The notes under the pieces are model-generated. The model did not search any database. It saw only the letters and a list, made by a program, of their open reading frames with translations, and was not told where the DNA came from. Below are positions 9,929 through 20,173 of a stretch of DNA of 64,000 bases, piece by piece. The stretch's first letter is position 1, and the number at the start of each line of letters is the position of its first letter. Source of the DNA: an uncultured Gammaproteobacteria bacterium. GTDB taxonomy: Bacteria > Pseudomonadota > Gammaproteobacteria > CAWCPV01. Position numbers and translations under genes: made by a program. Where the stretch lies: NCBI GenBank assembly GCA_963797555.1, contig CAWCPV010000003.1, forward strand, positions 864,001 to 928,000, read 5' to 3'.

Positions 9929-11107
9929 ATGGAAGATGTGGTGATCGTCGCCGCGGCACGCACACCCGTTGGAAAGTTCGGCGGAGCGCTGGCAGGATTT
10001 CCGGCAGCCGCGCTGGGAGCGAAGGTGATCGGCGCCCTGCTGGAGCGCAGCGGAATGCAACCATCCCAGGTGGACGAGGTGATCTTGGGGCAGGTGCTGA
10101 CCGCGGGAGTCGGCCAGAATCCGGCGCGCCAGGCGGCGATCCAGGCCGGAGTGCCGGTGACCGTGCCGGCCATGACCATCAACAAAGTTTGCGGCAGCGG
10201 GCTAAAAGCGGTGCATCTAGCGACCCAGGCGATCCGCTGCGCAGACGCCGAGGTTATCATCGCGGGCGGCCAGGAGTGTATGAGCATTGCCCCCCACGTG
10301 TTGCCGAAGTCCCGTGAAGGCATGCGCATGGGCGAATGGCCTCTGGTGGATAGCATGATTACGGATGGGCTATGGGATGTCTTCAACGACTACCACATGG
10401 GATGCACCGCTGAGAACGTGGTCGACCAGTATGGCCTCACGCGAGCCGAGCAGGACGCGTTCGCAGCGGCCTCCCAGCACAAGACGGAAGAAGCTCAGAA
10501 GGCCGGGTATTTTCGGCGGGAGATCGTTCCGGTGCAGGTCCCACAGCGCAAAGGCGAGCCCATCGTGTTCGATACGGACGAATTCCCGCGGCACGGAACC
10601 ACGGTGGAGGTTCTCGCGACATTGCGTCCCGCCTTCAGGGATGACGGCACCGTCACCGCAGGCAACGCCTCCGGCATCAACGATGGAGCCGCCGCTGTGA
10701 TCGTCACTTCTGCCGCCCGGGCAAAGACGTTAGGACTCCGGCCCATGGCTCGCATCGTGGCCTACGCCAACGCAGGGGTGGATCCCGCCATCATGGGGAC
10801 GGGCCCCATCCCTGCCACGCGCCGCTGTTTGGAGAAGGCTGGCTGGACAGTAGGCGATTTGGACTTGATCGAAGCCAACGAGGCATTCGCCGCACAGGCC
10901 ATCACAGTGAACCGGGAACTCGGCCTGGACCCGGCAATTGTCAACGTGAGCGGGGGCGCCATCGCATTGGGGCATCCCATCGGAGCCTCGGGAGCCAGAA
11001 TCCTGGTCACCCTGCTCCATGGCATGGAACGTCTGGACGCCCATCGCGGGCTGGCCACCCTATGTATCGGCGGAGGCCAGGGGGTGGCGCTCGCGGTCGA
11101 GCGCTGA
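9929..11107 (+). CDS. phaA: Acetyl-CoA acetyltransferase (beta-ketothiolase)
   Basis: [22 protein letters not shown] and CIGGG thiolase motifs. Confidence 0.95.
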   Translation: MEDVVIVAAARTPVGKFGGALAGFPAAALGAKVIGALLERSGMQPSQVDEVILGQVLTAGVGQNPARQAAIQAGVPVTVPAMTINKVCGSGLKAVHLATQAIRCADAEVIIAGGQECMSIAPHVLPKSREGMRMGEWPLVDSMITDGLWDVFNDYHMGCTAENVVDQYGLTRAEQDAFAAASQHKTEEAQKAGYFRREIVPVQVPQRKGEPIVFDTDEFPRHGTTVEVLATLRPAFRDDGTVTAGNASGINDGAAAVIVTSAARAKTLGLRPMARIVAYANAGVDPAIMGTGPIPATRRCLEKAGWTVGDLDLIEANEAFAAQAITVNRELGLDPAIVNVSGGAIALGHPIGASGARILVTLLHGMERLDAHRGLATLCIGGGQGVALAVER

Positions 11108-11234
11108 GTCGCGTCGAGTCGGTATAAATAAACGAACCGATGTTGACGGGCTGCGGCACCGATCCGGGCGCGTCTCGACACCGAAGCCTCCAAAACAGAA
11201 CACCGCAAAAGCTGAAACCCGAGGTAATTCGAAC

Positions 11235-11966
11235 ATGCCACACAAAACTGCGCTCGTCACCGGGGGCATCGGAGGTATCGGCACCGAAATCTGCAGACAC
11301 CTGGCGGCGGACGGCTCGAAGGTCGTAGCCACCTATATCGCCGCGGAGACCGATAAGGCGCGACAGTGGCGAGAGGCGCGCAAACAGGAAGGCCACGACA
11401 TGGCCATCTTCGAAGTGGATGTGGCAGATTTCGACTCCTGCGCTGCCGTGGTCGCCCAGGTCGGCCCGGTGGACATTTTGGTCAACAATGCCGGCATCAC
11501 GCGGGATGCCACGCTGCGCAAGATGACCCACGAGCAATGGCAGGCGGTCATCCGGACCAATCTCGACAGCGTGTTCAATATGACGAGACAGGTCATCGAC
11601 GGCATGATGGAGCGAGGGTTCGGGCGCATCGTAAACATCTCTTCCATCAACGGCCAAAGAGGCCAGTTTGGGCAAACCAACTATTCCGCTTCGAAGGCGG
11701 GAATTCACGGTTTCACCATGGCGCTGGCGCGCGAGGTCGCGCGCAAAGGCGTTACGGTCAACACGGTGTCGCCGGGCTACATCGGGACCGAGATGGTCAT
11801 GGCCATCGCCGAAGACGTCCGCAACCGGATCATTGCCGAGGTCCCCGTGGGGCGCCTGGGTCGCCCGGAGGAGATAGCCCGCGTCGTCGCGTTCCTCGCC
11901 GCCGACGAATCGGGCTTCATTACCGGTGCTGACTTCTCGGTCAACGGCGGGCACCACATGTACTGA
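11235..11966 (+). CDS. phaB: Acetoacetyl-CoA reductase
   Basis: TGGIGGIG, NNAGITRD and GQFGQTNYSASK motifs. Confidence 0.95.
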   Translation: MPHKTALVTGGIGGIGTEICRHLAADGSKVVATYIAAETDKARQWREARKQEGHDMAIFEVDVADFDSCAAVVAQVGPVDILVNNAGITRDATLRKMTHEQWQAVIRTNLDSVFNMTRQVIDGMMERGFGRIVNISSINGQRGQFGQTNYSASKAGIHGFTMALAREVARKGVTVNTVSPGYIGTEMVMAIAEDVRNRIIAEVPVGRLGRPEEIARVVAFLAADESGFITGADFSVNGGHHMY

Positions 11967-11969
11967 CAC

Positions 11970-12485
11970 GTGCAGCAACCGACACAACATCGGCAGGCGG
12001 ATCTGGGGGCGAAGGGGCAGTCCCGGATCATCAAGAAGTACCCGAACCGCCGCCTCTACGACACCGCGATCAGCAGCTACATCACGCTGGAGGATGTGAA
12101 GAAGCTGGTGCTGTCTGGTGTGGAGTTCCGGGTGATCGACAGCCGAACTGCGGATGACCTGACGCGCGCTATTCTCTTTCAGATCATTGCCGAGCAGGAA
12201 CAGGGGGGCACCCCGCTATTCAGCACGGCGTTCCTCGTGCAGCTCATCCGCCTATACGGGGATACATTGCAGGAGGCCATCCGTAGTTACTTCGAGTTCG
12301 TCTCGCAGATGCTGGTGGAACAGCACAACGTCGTCACGAACCAGGTGAGCGCACTGCTGGAGACGAACCCGATGTCGCTCATGGTCGAGATCGCCCAACG
12401 CAATCTCGCCCTCTGGACCAGTATGCAGGAGGCAACGTCGGCCGGTCGCGGCGAAACCGACAGTTCCACTCCTCACACCGGGTGA
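11970..12485 (+). CDS. phaR: PHA synthesis repressor
   Basis: IIKKYPNRRLYDTAISSYITL...DLTRAILFQII. The start is uncertain. Confidence 0.9.
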   Translation: MQQPTQHRQADLGAKGQSRIIKKYPNRRLYDTAISSYITLEDVKKLVLSGVEFRVIDSRTADDLTRAILFQIIAEQEQGGTPLFSTAFLVQLIRLYGDTLQEAIRSYFEFVSQMLVEQHNVVTNQVSALLETNPMSLMVEIAQRNLALWTSMQEATSAGRGETDSSTPHTG

Positions 12486-12868
12486 TCGCGCAACCGGCGT
12501 CGACGGCTAGGCCGTTCGGTGGAGACGCGGCACGGACACCAGCCCTGCCGTGCTCCCCCGCGGCAAGCGACAGGCACGCAGTTGCGAAGGCGGAGTCGGC
12601 CCACTCTCCTACGGGGCTGAAGCGGCGGCTTCGCGGCTCGTTCGCGTCGCCGGACCGACGCCCCGGGGTTTCGTGTTCTCACCTCAGCGCTAACCCCTGT
12701 TACCCATACCCCCGGCCCTCGCCAGCGCTGCAGTCCAGCGCGCGGCAGGCAGCATTGCCGTGTCGATGCGGAAAAGGCGGGCGGGCGCTGCCCCTGATGC
12801 CATGGGCGCAGCGAGCAGGCCCGACGGCTGTCCATCGACTCCGCGCTGGCGTCCGGGGAATGCCTGAG

Positions 12869-13282
12869 TCACTTCTCGAAGACCTGGGCAAGGTCAGCAA
12901 ATGCCTTGAACTCCAGTACGTTGCCGCTCGGGTCCTGGACGAACATGGTGGCCTGCTCGCCCGGCTGGCCGCTGAAGCGCACCGTCGGCTCCAAGACAAA
13001 GTTGGCACCCGCTCGTCGTAGCTTGTCCGCCAGGGCGTGCCACCGCTCCAAAGAGAGAATCACGCCAAAATGCGGAACGGGGATATCGTGGCCGTCGACG
13101 CGATTGGTGCATGAGGCACGAAGCGCACCCGGACAAAGATGAGCGACAATCTGATGACCGCACAGGTCGAAATCGACCCATGTGGCCTCGCTCCTGCCTT
13201 CGCCACAGTCCAGCACGCCAGCATAGAAGGAACGGGCCGTATCCAGATCATCGACCGGAAACGCCAAGTGAAAAGGTGTCAC
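12869..13282 (-). CDS. VOC/glyoxalase-family protein
   Basis: PFHLAFPV...WVDFDLCGHQIVAH...VPHFG...DPSGNVLEFKAF. GTG start with GGAGGG RBS. Confidence 0.85.
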   Translation of the reverse strand: MTPFHLAFPVDDLDTARSFYAGVLDCGEGRSEATWVDFDLCGHQIVAHLCPGALRASCTNRVDGHDIPVPHFGVILSLERWHALADKLRRAGANFVLEPTVRFSGQPGEQATMFVQDPSGNVLEFKAFADLAQVFEK

Positions 13283-13424
13283 GGGCTTACCCTCCGCTAC
13301 CGAGAAGTCCTTCAGTGCCGCAGATCTCAGCGCTCCAGAGTCGCCTGTTCGGGCCGCGCGATGGGGCTGCCACCGCATCGCACCGACCAAGGCATCTCCT
13401 CACCCCTCTGTTCATCCTTGACGG

Positions 13425-14114
13425 ATGAGTGAGAGCCATCGGAAGATTTCAACCCCATCTTTCATGACGGTACCGTCCGTGCAAGCTGACTCCGGCGATC
13501 CCAAGTCAATGCGCCCTACTCTGCGAGAATTGAAGCCCCATAGCTTCATTTATCAAATCAAAGCCGCCCTACCTGGGGAGATATGCCGGGATATGATTCG
13601 GCGTTTCGAAGCGAAGCGTGACCAGCAGTATCCGGGCAGACTCGGGCAGCAAGCAAGGGAGGAAACTAGCATAAAGCGATCCACCGACCTGCGGATCAGC
13701 GGCCGATCAGATTGGAAGGATGTCGACCAAGCGCTTTTCCGCTCTCTGAGTCAAGGGCTGAGCGAGATCGCAGCCATGCATCCCTTTTTCGCCACAAACG
13801 CGTTCAGGGATACGGGATACAATATGCAGCGCACGGAGGCCGGCGAGTTTTATCACTGGCACGTCGATGGCGGGCCCGGCGAGTTCAGTCAACGACAGAT
13901 GGTGGCGCTATGGTATCTGAACCACGTGAAGGGCCCCGGTGGTGAAACCGAGTTCTTCTTTCAGAAGGTGAAGGTGAAGCCGGAGGAAGGGAAACTGATC
14001 CTGTTTCCCCCATTCTGGACTCACGTGCACCGCGGAGTAACCTTGGAAAATGGCGTTAAATACATCGCTACCACCTGGGTGTCATTCGCCTGCGGCGGTG
14101 ACGTGACGCCGTGA
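13425..14114 (+). CDS. Fe(II)/2-oxoglutarate oxygenase (prolyl-4-hydroxylase-like)
   Basis: YHWHVD, WYLN..GGET.F, FPPFWTHVHRG and KYIATTW motifs. The true start may be ATG 13509. Confidence 0.85.
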   Translation: MSESHRKISTPSFMTVPSVQADSGDPKSMRPTLRELKPHSFIYQIKAALPGEICRDMIRRFEAKRDQQYPGRLGQQAREETSIKRSTDLRISGRSDWKDVDQALFRSLSQGLSEIAAMHPFFATNAFRDTGYNMQRTEAGEFYHWHVDGGPGEFSQRQMVALWYLNHVKGPGGETEFFFQKVKVKPEEGKLILFPPFWTHVHRGVTLENGVKYIATTWVSFACGGDVTP

Positions 14115-14168
14115 GAACAGGCGCACACGGCGAGGATCTGACGCCGCAACGGTGGGTCCCTATCGTAA

Positions 14169-14630
14169 TCAGGCACCCGCACGCGGAGAGCCCCTACGCA
14201 CTGCATGGCAGGCGATTCGCCGGACGATCGTGGGGAGCGGCAGGTCGGGGGGATTCCCGAAGGAGCGATACACCGCCTTTATGATCTCGTACACGTTGGT
14301 CACTGCCGTTGCACCGCCCGACTCGGGGACAACGGCGTGCTGAAGCCCTAACAGTCCCCCGCACTGCAGCTTCATCGCCTTGATATGGGGGAGGTGCTCC
14401 TCAGTTCCCGTCAGCTTCAGTGCAAACTTGGCGCCGCGCTGCAAACAAGCGGCAACCTCTAGGCACGCCCGCTGGGCCTCCGCCGAGGCGCATCCCACCA
14501 CGTCGCGTTCGGCGATGTTGATGCGCGTCGACCGCTCACAGCCGAAATGGCCGGTGAGAATGGCCTTCTCGAAAGGACAGCGCAGGCTACTCAGCGCCTG
14601 AGAGATCTCACGATATTCCCGTTCATCCAT
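14169..14630 (-). CDS. Hypothetical 4-Cys protein, paralog A
   Basis: C-x12-C-x15-C-x8-C and PH-x4-K-x-Q-x-GGLLGLQ, both shared with 18726-19142. Confidence 0.8.
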   Translation of the reverse strand: MDEREYREISQALSSLRCPFEKAILTGHFGCERSTRINIAERDVVGCASAEAQRACLEVAACLQRGAKFALKLTGTEEHLPHIKAMKLQCGGLLGLQHAVVPESGGATAVTNVYEIIKAVYRSFGNPPDLPLPTIVRRIACHAVRRGSPRAGA

Positions 14631-14670
14631 GGATAGTCAACCCAGGCCTTTGTGCGATCCTGGTTCCATG

Positions 14671-14889
14671 CTAGTCGTCTTCGGACGGACGCCGCTCGCG
14701 TCTTGCCGAAAGCAACCGCTCGGCGTCCTCGGGATTCTTGGCAAAGATAACCTTGATAGCGGTCGCGTCCGCCGGCCCCAATTCCGCCCGTATGGAGCGC
14801 GCCTTCTCTCTGGCGTCGCCGTATTTTTCGTAGGAACCGACTGGGGTCAACTCCCGCCTTGAGGATATCCTAAAAATGAAATACGGCAT
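14671..14889 (-). CDS. Hypothetical protein (72 aa)
   Basis: AAGGA RBS; co-oriented and 40 bp upstream of the 4-Cys gene. Confidence 0.7.
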   Translation of the reverse strand: MPYFIFRISSRRELTPVGSYEKYGDAREKARSIRAELGPADATAIKVIFAKNPEDAERLLSARRERRPSEDD

Positions 14890-15115
14890 CCCGATTCCTT
14901 ATTTGTTCTACTGTGCCTCTCTATCGAGCAGAAGTCGCGATCCGGTTCGAGGAGACATTATACGATTATACGACCACTTCCTTAGAAGTGAAAATCCGCA
15001 CTGTTTCAAAGGCTTCTCTTGAGCGCCGGAGCGGCAGAGGAAGACGGCGACCCTCGCACCGGGTACACACGGCGCTTATAATGGTGACCATGTACACACT
15101 TGCGTCCGAGGAATC

Positions 15116-15427
15116 ATGGAAACACGTGCGGGACTGAGCAAGGAAGAACGTGTCCTGCGCATACTGAAGATGGTGTTGACGACCGTCATCAAGGAGACGG
15201 CCGTGCCTTCCGGCGCGGTGCATGTGCTCAGCGAGCGCACCATCGAGGACCTTAGACGCTCTTTAGCGCTAATCGCCGACCGGGAAAGGGAGTTGGCCCA
15301 GGCAGCCGGGCATGCGATGAATCTTCGCCCGAGATATGCCGACGACCCGAGACCCAGAGCGCCCGTAGTAATTCCCCTGCATCAGACCGGTCTGACGCGC
15401 AAGAAGAAACCGAGCGGCCAGCGGTGA
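15116..15427 (+). CDS. Hypothetical helical protein
   Basis: GAGGA RBS; LSKEERVLRILKMVLTTVIKET...LSERTIEDLR...RPRYADD. Confidence 0.7.
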   Translation: METRAGLSKEERVLRILKMVLTTVIKETAVPSGAVHVLSERTIEDLRRSLALIADRERELAQAAGHAMNLRPRYADDPRPRAPVVIPLHQTGLTRKKKPSGQR

Positions 15428-15520
15428 CTCAGGTCGGGTTCCCAAGAGGCTGCGTGCCGTAACGTGGGAGCGTCCCCGCACTGGCCCTGCAGGCCGATTC
15501 AGACGGATGCGGAGGAAGAC

Positions 15521-15946
15521 ATGTCCGAAGAGCAGCAAATGAGCTTGGCGAGTGGCATCGCGGCGTTCGAGACGAAACAGTTCACACGCGCGATGCGGCT
15601 ACTGTCTCCGCTGGCCGAACTGGGAAATCCTGACGCGCAGTACCGGGTAGCGATCATGCGTCAGAATGGCCTGGGAGTCGCGCGCCACGCGGAGCAGGCC
15701 CTCAGGTGGATGCGGGCTGCAGCCGACCAAGGGCACGCCCTGGCCCAGCACGGGCTCGGGTTCATGTACCTCGAAGGCGACTGCGTCGAAGCGAACGGGC
15801 CCGAGGCTGCGAAGTGGTTCCGCTTGGCTGCAGAGCAAGGCCTTGCCGGGTCGCAGACGACCCTGGCCATGATGTACGAAGAAGGCCGCGGAGTCGGAAA
15901 GAACCCCGAAGAAGCTCGGAAGTGGCTGAAGAAAGCGGGGTTCTGA
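15521..15946 (+). CDS. Sel1-like repeat (TPR) protein
   Basis: Three Sel1 repeats (GNPDAQY, GHALAQHGLG.MY, GLAGSQTTLAMMY); GGAGG RBS. Confidence 0.9.
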   Translation: MSEEQQMSLASGIAAFETKQFTRAMRLLSPLAELGNPDAQYRVAIMRQNGLGVARHAEQALRWMRAAADQGHALAQHGLGFMYLEGDCVEANGPEAAKWFRLAAEQGLAGSQTTLAMMYEEGRGVGKNPEEARKWLKKAGF

Positions 15947-16363
15947 GCAGGCCGAAGCGCGCGTCGGCTGAACACGGCTCAGGACTCCCGATTGGCGTCC
16001 GCCGTTCTCCTCCGCCACCGACCGCCTCGCTGTGACATTCAGAGCTTGTGAAGCCATCCTCGCCAGCCGCCCGAGAGCAAGGTGCACAGCTCAGCGACTC
16101 AGCATATCAAGCACGTAGACAAGAAGCGAACACGCGCAGCAGATTTGCTCACGCATCTTCGAGCACGTCTCTCACCATGTCCTGCGGTCTGCGGCCGTGC
16201 GGATTAATACCGTGAACTCGGGCAGAATAGGTTCCCGGTCGGAGGCGCCCATTCACCACCGTCCATCTCTGCCACCTGCCTGCAACCAGCCGCGTCCACG
16301 CGAGGACTACAGGCGCGGTGCACTCCTCTGCCCTGGAGATGACGACTCCGCAAGGGGCGCGCC

Positions 16364-17401
16364 GTGACCTACCGCGTCCGCGTGTTGCCGAGCGGGCATG
16401 AATTCCCCGTGGAGGGAGCAGTCTCTCTCCTGGATGCAGCGCTCAAGGCCGGTCTTGCACCGGACTATGGCTGCAACAACGGTACCTGCGGCCTCTGCAA
16501 GGCGAGGGTCGTCTCCGGCGAGGTACGGAACGTGCGTCCCCATGACTATGCCCTCACCGAGACGGAGAAAAGCCTGGGTTACGTGCTGATGTGCTCTAGC
16601 AGCGTGTCGACCGACTTGGTGATAGAGGCACCAGAGGCATGGGGTGTGCAAGACATTCCGCTGCAGCAGATCTTGACGCGCGTCAAGAGGACACAGGAGC
16701 TGGGGCAGTACGTGCGCGTCCTAGAGCTGCAGACCCCTCGAACCCAAAGACTGCGATTTTTGGCAGGGCAGTACGCGACCCTGACCGCGCCCGGGAGCGT
16801 TCGGGCGGACTACTCGATCGCCAGCTGCCCGTGCGACGGACGTAATCTGGAGTTCCACATCCCCAGGCAGCCCGGACACGCGTTCTCTGATTATGTTTTC
16901 GGAGCAGCGCGAGCACAGGACGTCGTCTCGATAGAGGGGCCCAAGGGTAGGTTCACCCTGCGGGACGAGGACATCAGACCTGTCATTTTCCTCGCATGTG
17001 ACACCGGCTTTGCGCCGATCAAGAGCCTCGTAGAACAGGCTATGGCGGTCGAGCTAACGGAGCCCATGCATTTCTACTGGCTCGCCACACCAGACACGGG
17101 ACATTACATGCACAACTTGTGTCGTTCGTGGCTGGACGCGCTCGACAACTTCCGCTATACGCCGCTCGCACTAGACGCCCCCGGGCACCGTTTTCCCGTG
17201 GTGGCTGGCCCCGGCCCCTCCGCGAAGCGCTCGACCCTCCCTCAGATGTTGCGGCGTGTTGCACGCGACCAACCCGAACTACGCGAATACGATGTCTACA
17301 TCGCCGGATCCGAAAACCTACTAAAGGCCGCGGAGCACTTCTTCACGGATCAGGGGCTTTCGCGCGATCGGCTATGCATGGAGCGAGTCCCTAGACAGTA
17401 G
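16364..17401 (+). CDS. 2Fe-2S ferredoxin:NAD(P)H reductase (AscD/benzoate-reductase-like architecture)
   Basis: N-terminal CNNGTCGLC...LMC plant-type cluster, YSIAS FAD motif and DTGFAPIKS NAD motif. Confidence 0.88.
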   Translation: MTYRVRVLPSGHEFPVEGAVSLLDAALKAGLAPDYGCNNGTCGLCKARVVSGEVRNVRPHDYALTETEKSLGYVLMCSSSVSTDLVIEAPEAWGVQDIPLQQILTRVKRTQELGQYVRVLELQTPRTQRLRFLAGQYATLTAPGSVRADYSIASCPCDGRNLEFHIPRQPGHAFSDYVFGAARAQDVVSIEGPKGRFTLRDEDIRPVIFLACDTGFAPIKSLVEQAMAVELTEPMHFYWLATPDTGHYMHNLCRSWLDALDNFRYTPLALDAPGHRFPVVAGPGPSAKRSTLPQMLRRVARDQPELREYDVYIAGSENLLKAAEHFFTDQGLSRDRLCMERVPRQ

Positions 17402-17995
17402 GCTATCGAGTGCCCCGCCGGTGCACGGCACATTCCGCTGGCGACAGGAAACGCCGGGGTGCGAATCTCCGGCCGCAAGCTTCGAAGGCTGTCGCTTTGT
17501 CCGACCCCGCGGTCCCCAAGGGCTCCTGCGGTTTCAACAGGCGTTCCTGCACGTCCGGTAGCACTCTCTACTAGCACCGGACGAGGCTGCCCCTCACGCT
17601 GGCCTCTCGCAGGCACGCGCGGCGACACCGCCCCCGCCCGAAATGGCGGCTCACCCTACTCAGGCCCTTCCCCGAGACCACGGTGCTGCCGGCGTCGCTC
17701 GCCCTGACCGGCCGAGGCGCTGCACACCCAGCACGCTCTCGGGTCGAAGACTAGCCGGCCTAGGGCCTCTTCGGCGTTCAACGGCGCCGTGTCCAAGTGA
17801 GCCTGCGCCCCTTCGCTGGGGCAGTGCTGCGGCTGCACTCATCAAGGGAGCTGGACGGGACCGTGCCGTGGTCGCTTCAGGCCACGTCTGCGTGCAGACT
17901 GTAGTGTATACTCACTTTTTTTGGCAATCTTCAGCATCTGACCAGAATCGAGTCGCGCAGCATGACCCGTGCGGCCTTAGGAATGGAGGTGAAGG

Positions 17996-18361
17996 ATGTC
18001 GGATATCAATAAGTTCATCCTCGACCAAGAGGCAGTCGAGACCGATCCGCTAGGCAACCTGATCGATCTGGACGAATGGTCAGAGGGGCTGGCTGAAAAG
18101 CTGGCTACCCAGGAGGGGATCCGGATGACCGATGAACACTGGGAAGTGGTTCGTTTTCTGCGTGATAACTACCGCGACCATGGCGAAGCCCGTAGCGCTC
18201 GGAAGCTGCTGGACGCCCTGACCGAGAGGTTCGCGGCAAGGGGGGGCAAGAAGGGCCTGTATGTGCTATTTCCGGGGGGTCCCATCAGCCAGGGCTGTAA
18301 GATCGCTGGGCTTCCGTTGCCTGAGTACAGTAAGGACCCGTCCTTCGGTACCTCTAGCTGA
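17996..18361 (+). CDS. DsrC/TusE-family paralog retaining only CysB, with no C-terminal Cys
   Basis: EHWEVVRFLR and LYVLFPGGPISQGCKIAGLP, then a PEYSKDPSFGTSS tail. Confidence 0.85.
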   Translation: MSDINKFILDQEAVETDPLGNLIDLDEWSEGLAEKLATQEGIRMTDEHWEVVRFLRDNYRDHGEARSARKLLDALTERFAARGGKKGLYVLFPGGPISQGCKIAGLPLPEYSKDPSFGTSS

Positions 18362-18725
18362 CGGCGTTCCAAACCCACGACAGCAGGTGGCCATTGGGGG
18401 CGGGCGTCGCGGCGCGCTGACGCCCAGATGCCCTTCCCCTCGCAATAGAGGTGCCCGGAGATCGGGTAGAAACCCGTTTCGGAGGACGGTTTGGTTCACT
18501 GCGCCGAGGTGCGCGCGTAGGCATGTGGATACCAGTGTAGTCGGGCCAGCGAACCCCGCTGAGGCGCTGGATCCACTTGGTCGGCGGCGCGTCCGCGACC
18601 GCCTTCCGGACTTTCCCGCGCTCCGGTACGCCATGCGATCCGGGCCCCACGCACAACCCCGCGGCGGTGCAGTAAGGCACGGCATGGACCGCCAGTCCGG
18701 CTCACATGCCACCCGTGCTGGCTGG

Positions 18726-19142
18726 CTATCCGGAAGCCCTACGCCGAAGCCTGTAACTGACCATGTCCTGGACGAAACCCTGACAAAGGATGGCGTCAAC
18801 CGCCCCGCTCGAACCTGCCGCCTGCTCCACTAGCCCGGCTACATTGGCGACCGCACGCGCTGGGCTTGCTGCGCCCTCGAGCACCCGCTGTAGTCCCAGC
18901 AGACCGCCGAACTGGATCTTCACCTGCACGCTGTGAGGCATGGTCAGCGGGTCGTCCTCCACTCCAAACACTGGCAGCGCCACGGCCTTCATCTGCCGGA
19001 AAAGGGCCTCGCACCGACGGCGTGCGTCTTCGGAGACACAGGCCACATCGGGCCCGCTGCGGCGCGTCACGGGCGTTGCATACCGGCAGCCGAAGTCGTT
19101 GCCGATCAACGTCGCATTGAATGCACAGGTGTATTCCACCAT
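18726..19142 (-). CDS. Hypothetical 4-Cys protein, paralog B
   Basis: Same C-x12-C-x15-C-x8-C spacing as 14169-14630, plus PHSVQVKIQFGGLLGLQ. Confidence 0.8.
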   Translation of the reverse strand: MVEYTCAFNATLIGNDFGCRYATPVTRRSGPDVACVSEDARRRCEALFRQMKAVALPVFGVEDDPLTMPHSVQVKIQFGGLLGLQRVLEGAASPARAVANVAGLVEQAAGSSGAVDAILCQGFVQDMVSYRLRRRASG

Positions 19143-19186
19143 GGCCCGTGTCTAAACGCGGGCACCAGAACCAGTTCCGGATCGGG

Positions 19187-19387
19187 TCAAGGCGCCAACG
19201 GGTCGAAGAGCTTGCCGGCGGCGCCACTGTTCTGGATGAATGTGACACTGGAGGTGATGTGGTGCGGAGTGTAGAGCGTAGTTCTGAGCAGCCATCCCTT
19301 ACCGGGCGCCAGCGCCTGTTCCGTCATGGTGCGGATGTGGGTGGTGTCGTCGAAAGAATCTTCGACTATGTCGTACTCCAGCTTCAT
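19187..19387 (-). CDS. Hypothetical protein (66 aa)
   Basis: AGGAGG RBS; MKLEYDIVEDSFDDTTHIRTMTEQA...GWLLRTT. Confidence 0.7.
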   Translation of the reverse strand: MKLEYDIVEDSFDDTTHIRTMTEQALAPGKGWLLRTTLYTPHHITSSVTFIQNSGAAGKLFDPLAP

Positions 19388-19704
19388 GGCGCAACGTCCT
19401 CCTGTATGTGTGTCGGCCCCATTATACACAGGCGCCGGGAGATCGCGCGCCGCCAGCACAGAATGGCGCCCGATCTCCCTGAAAACCCCCGGGGCGCCCT
19501 CAGCTCATCAGCGGCACGCGTCGGGGCGCGATGTCCAAGGTCATCGGTCTCGGACGCGTGTGCTCGCGCGGTTTCCGGTGCCCCTGCCACCGACAGAGCG
19601 CCAGGGACACCGTCACGCTAACAGTGTCCGGCGCGACTCGTTCCGGCCCGGCGATTAGCAGGAATCGAATTGTATGGTGGTCTACGCCCTCCAGCACCGC
19701 CGGA

Positions 19705-20061
19705 TCACAACAAGCGCACGGCCTCTTCAGCCGACAGACCGAGAACTTTGCGCACCGCATCCAATGCCTCTTGGGCGAACACGTCCAGATCTCCCCATCG
19801 GGTCGAGGTACCGACCACTTCGCATCCGCCGTGCATGATGAGCCGCATCGTATACCAACCCTCCTCGGAGCGCTGCATGCCGCTCGGCTCCGCCGTCAGG
19901 TAGAGGCCCGGCTGCGAATCGCCCTCCCGCACCACGGCCAAGATGTAACGGTAGTCGAGGCCATCACCGCTGTCGATCTCCCCCAGCACGACGATAGAGA
20001 AATCACTCAGTTGGTAACGGCGTTGGGGCACAGCCGTCCTGATTACCGGCCGGTTTTCCAT
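19705..20061 (-). CDS. Hypothetical protein
   Basis: GGAGA RBS; PVIRTAVPQRRYQLSDFSIVVLGEIDS...YRYILAVV. Confidence 0.65.
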   Translation of the reverse strand: MENRPVIRTAVPQRRYQLSDFSIVVLGEIDSGDGLDYRYILAVVREGDSQPGLYLTAEPSGMQRSEEGWYTMRLIMHGGCEVVGTSTRWGDLDVFAQEALDAVRKVLGLSAEEAVRLL

Positions 20062-20173
20062 CCAATCTCTCCGCAGGACTGCACAGGCGGCATGCGACCG
20101 TGTTAAGGTTAAGAATACCAGAGTTAGATTCTCGGAATTAGCCCCGCTGCGCTGCCGCGAGGGAACGGGCACC

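Noticed and set aside
17440-17585. Structured ncRNA after the ferredoxin reductase
   Set aside because: Several stems exist (e.g. CGTCCGGT/ACCGGACG), but they are compatible with chance in GC-rich DNA and match no family I recognise.
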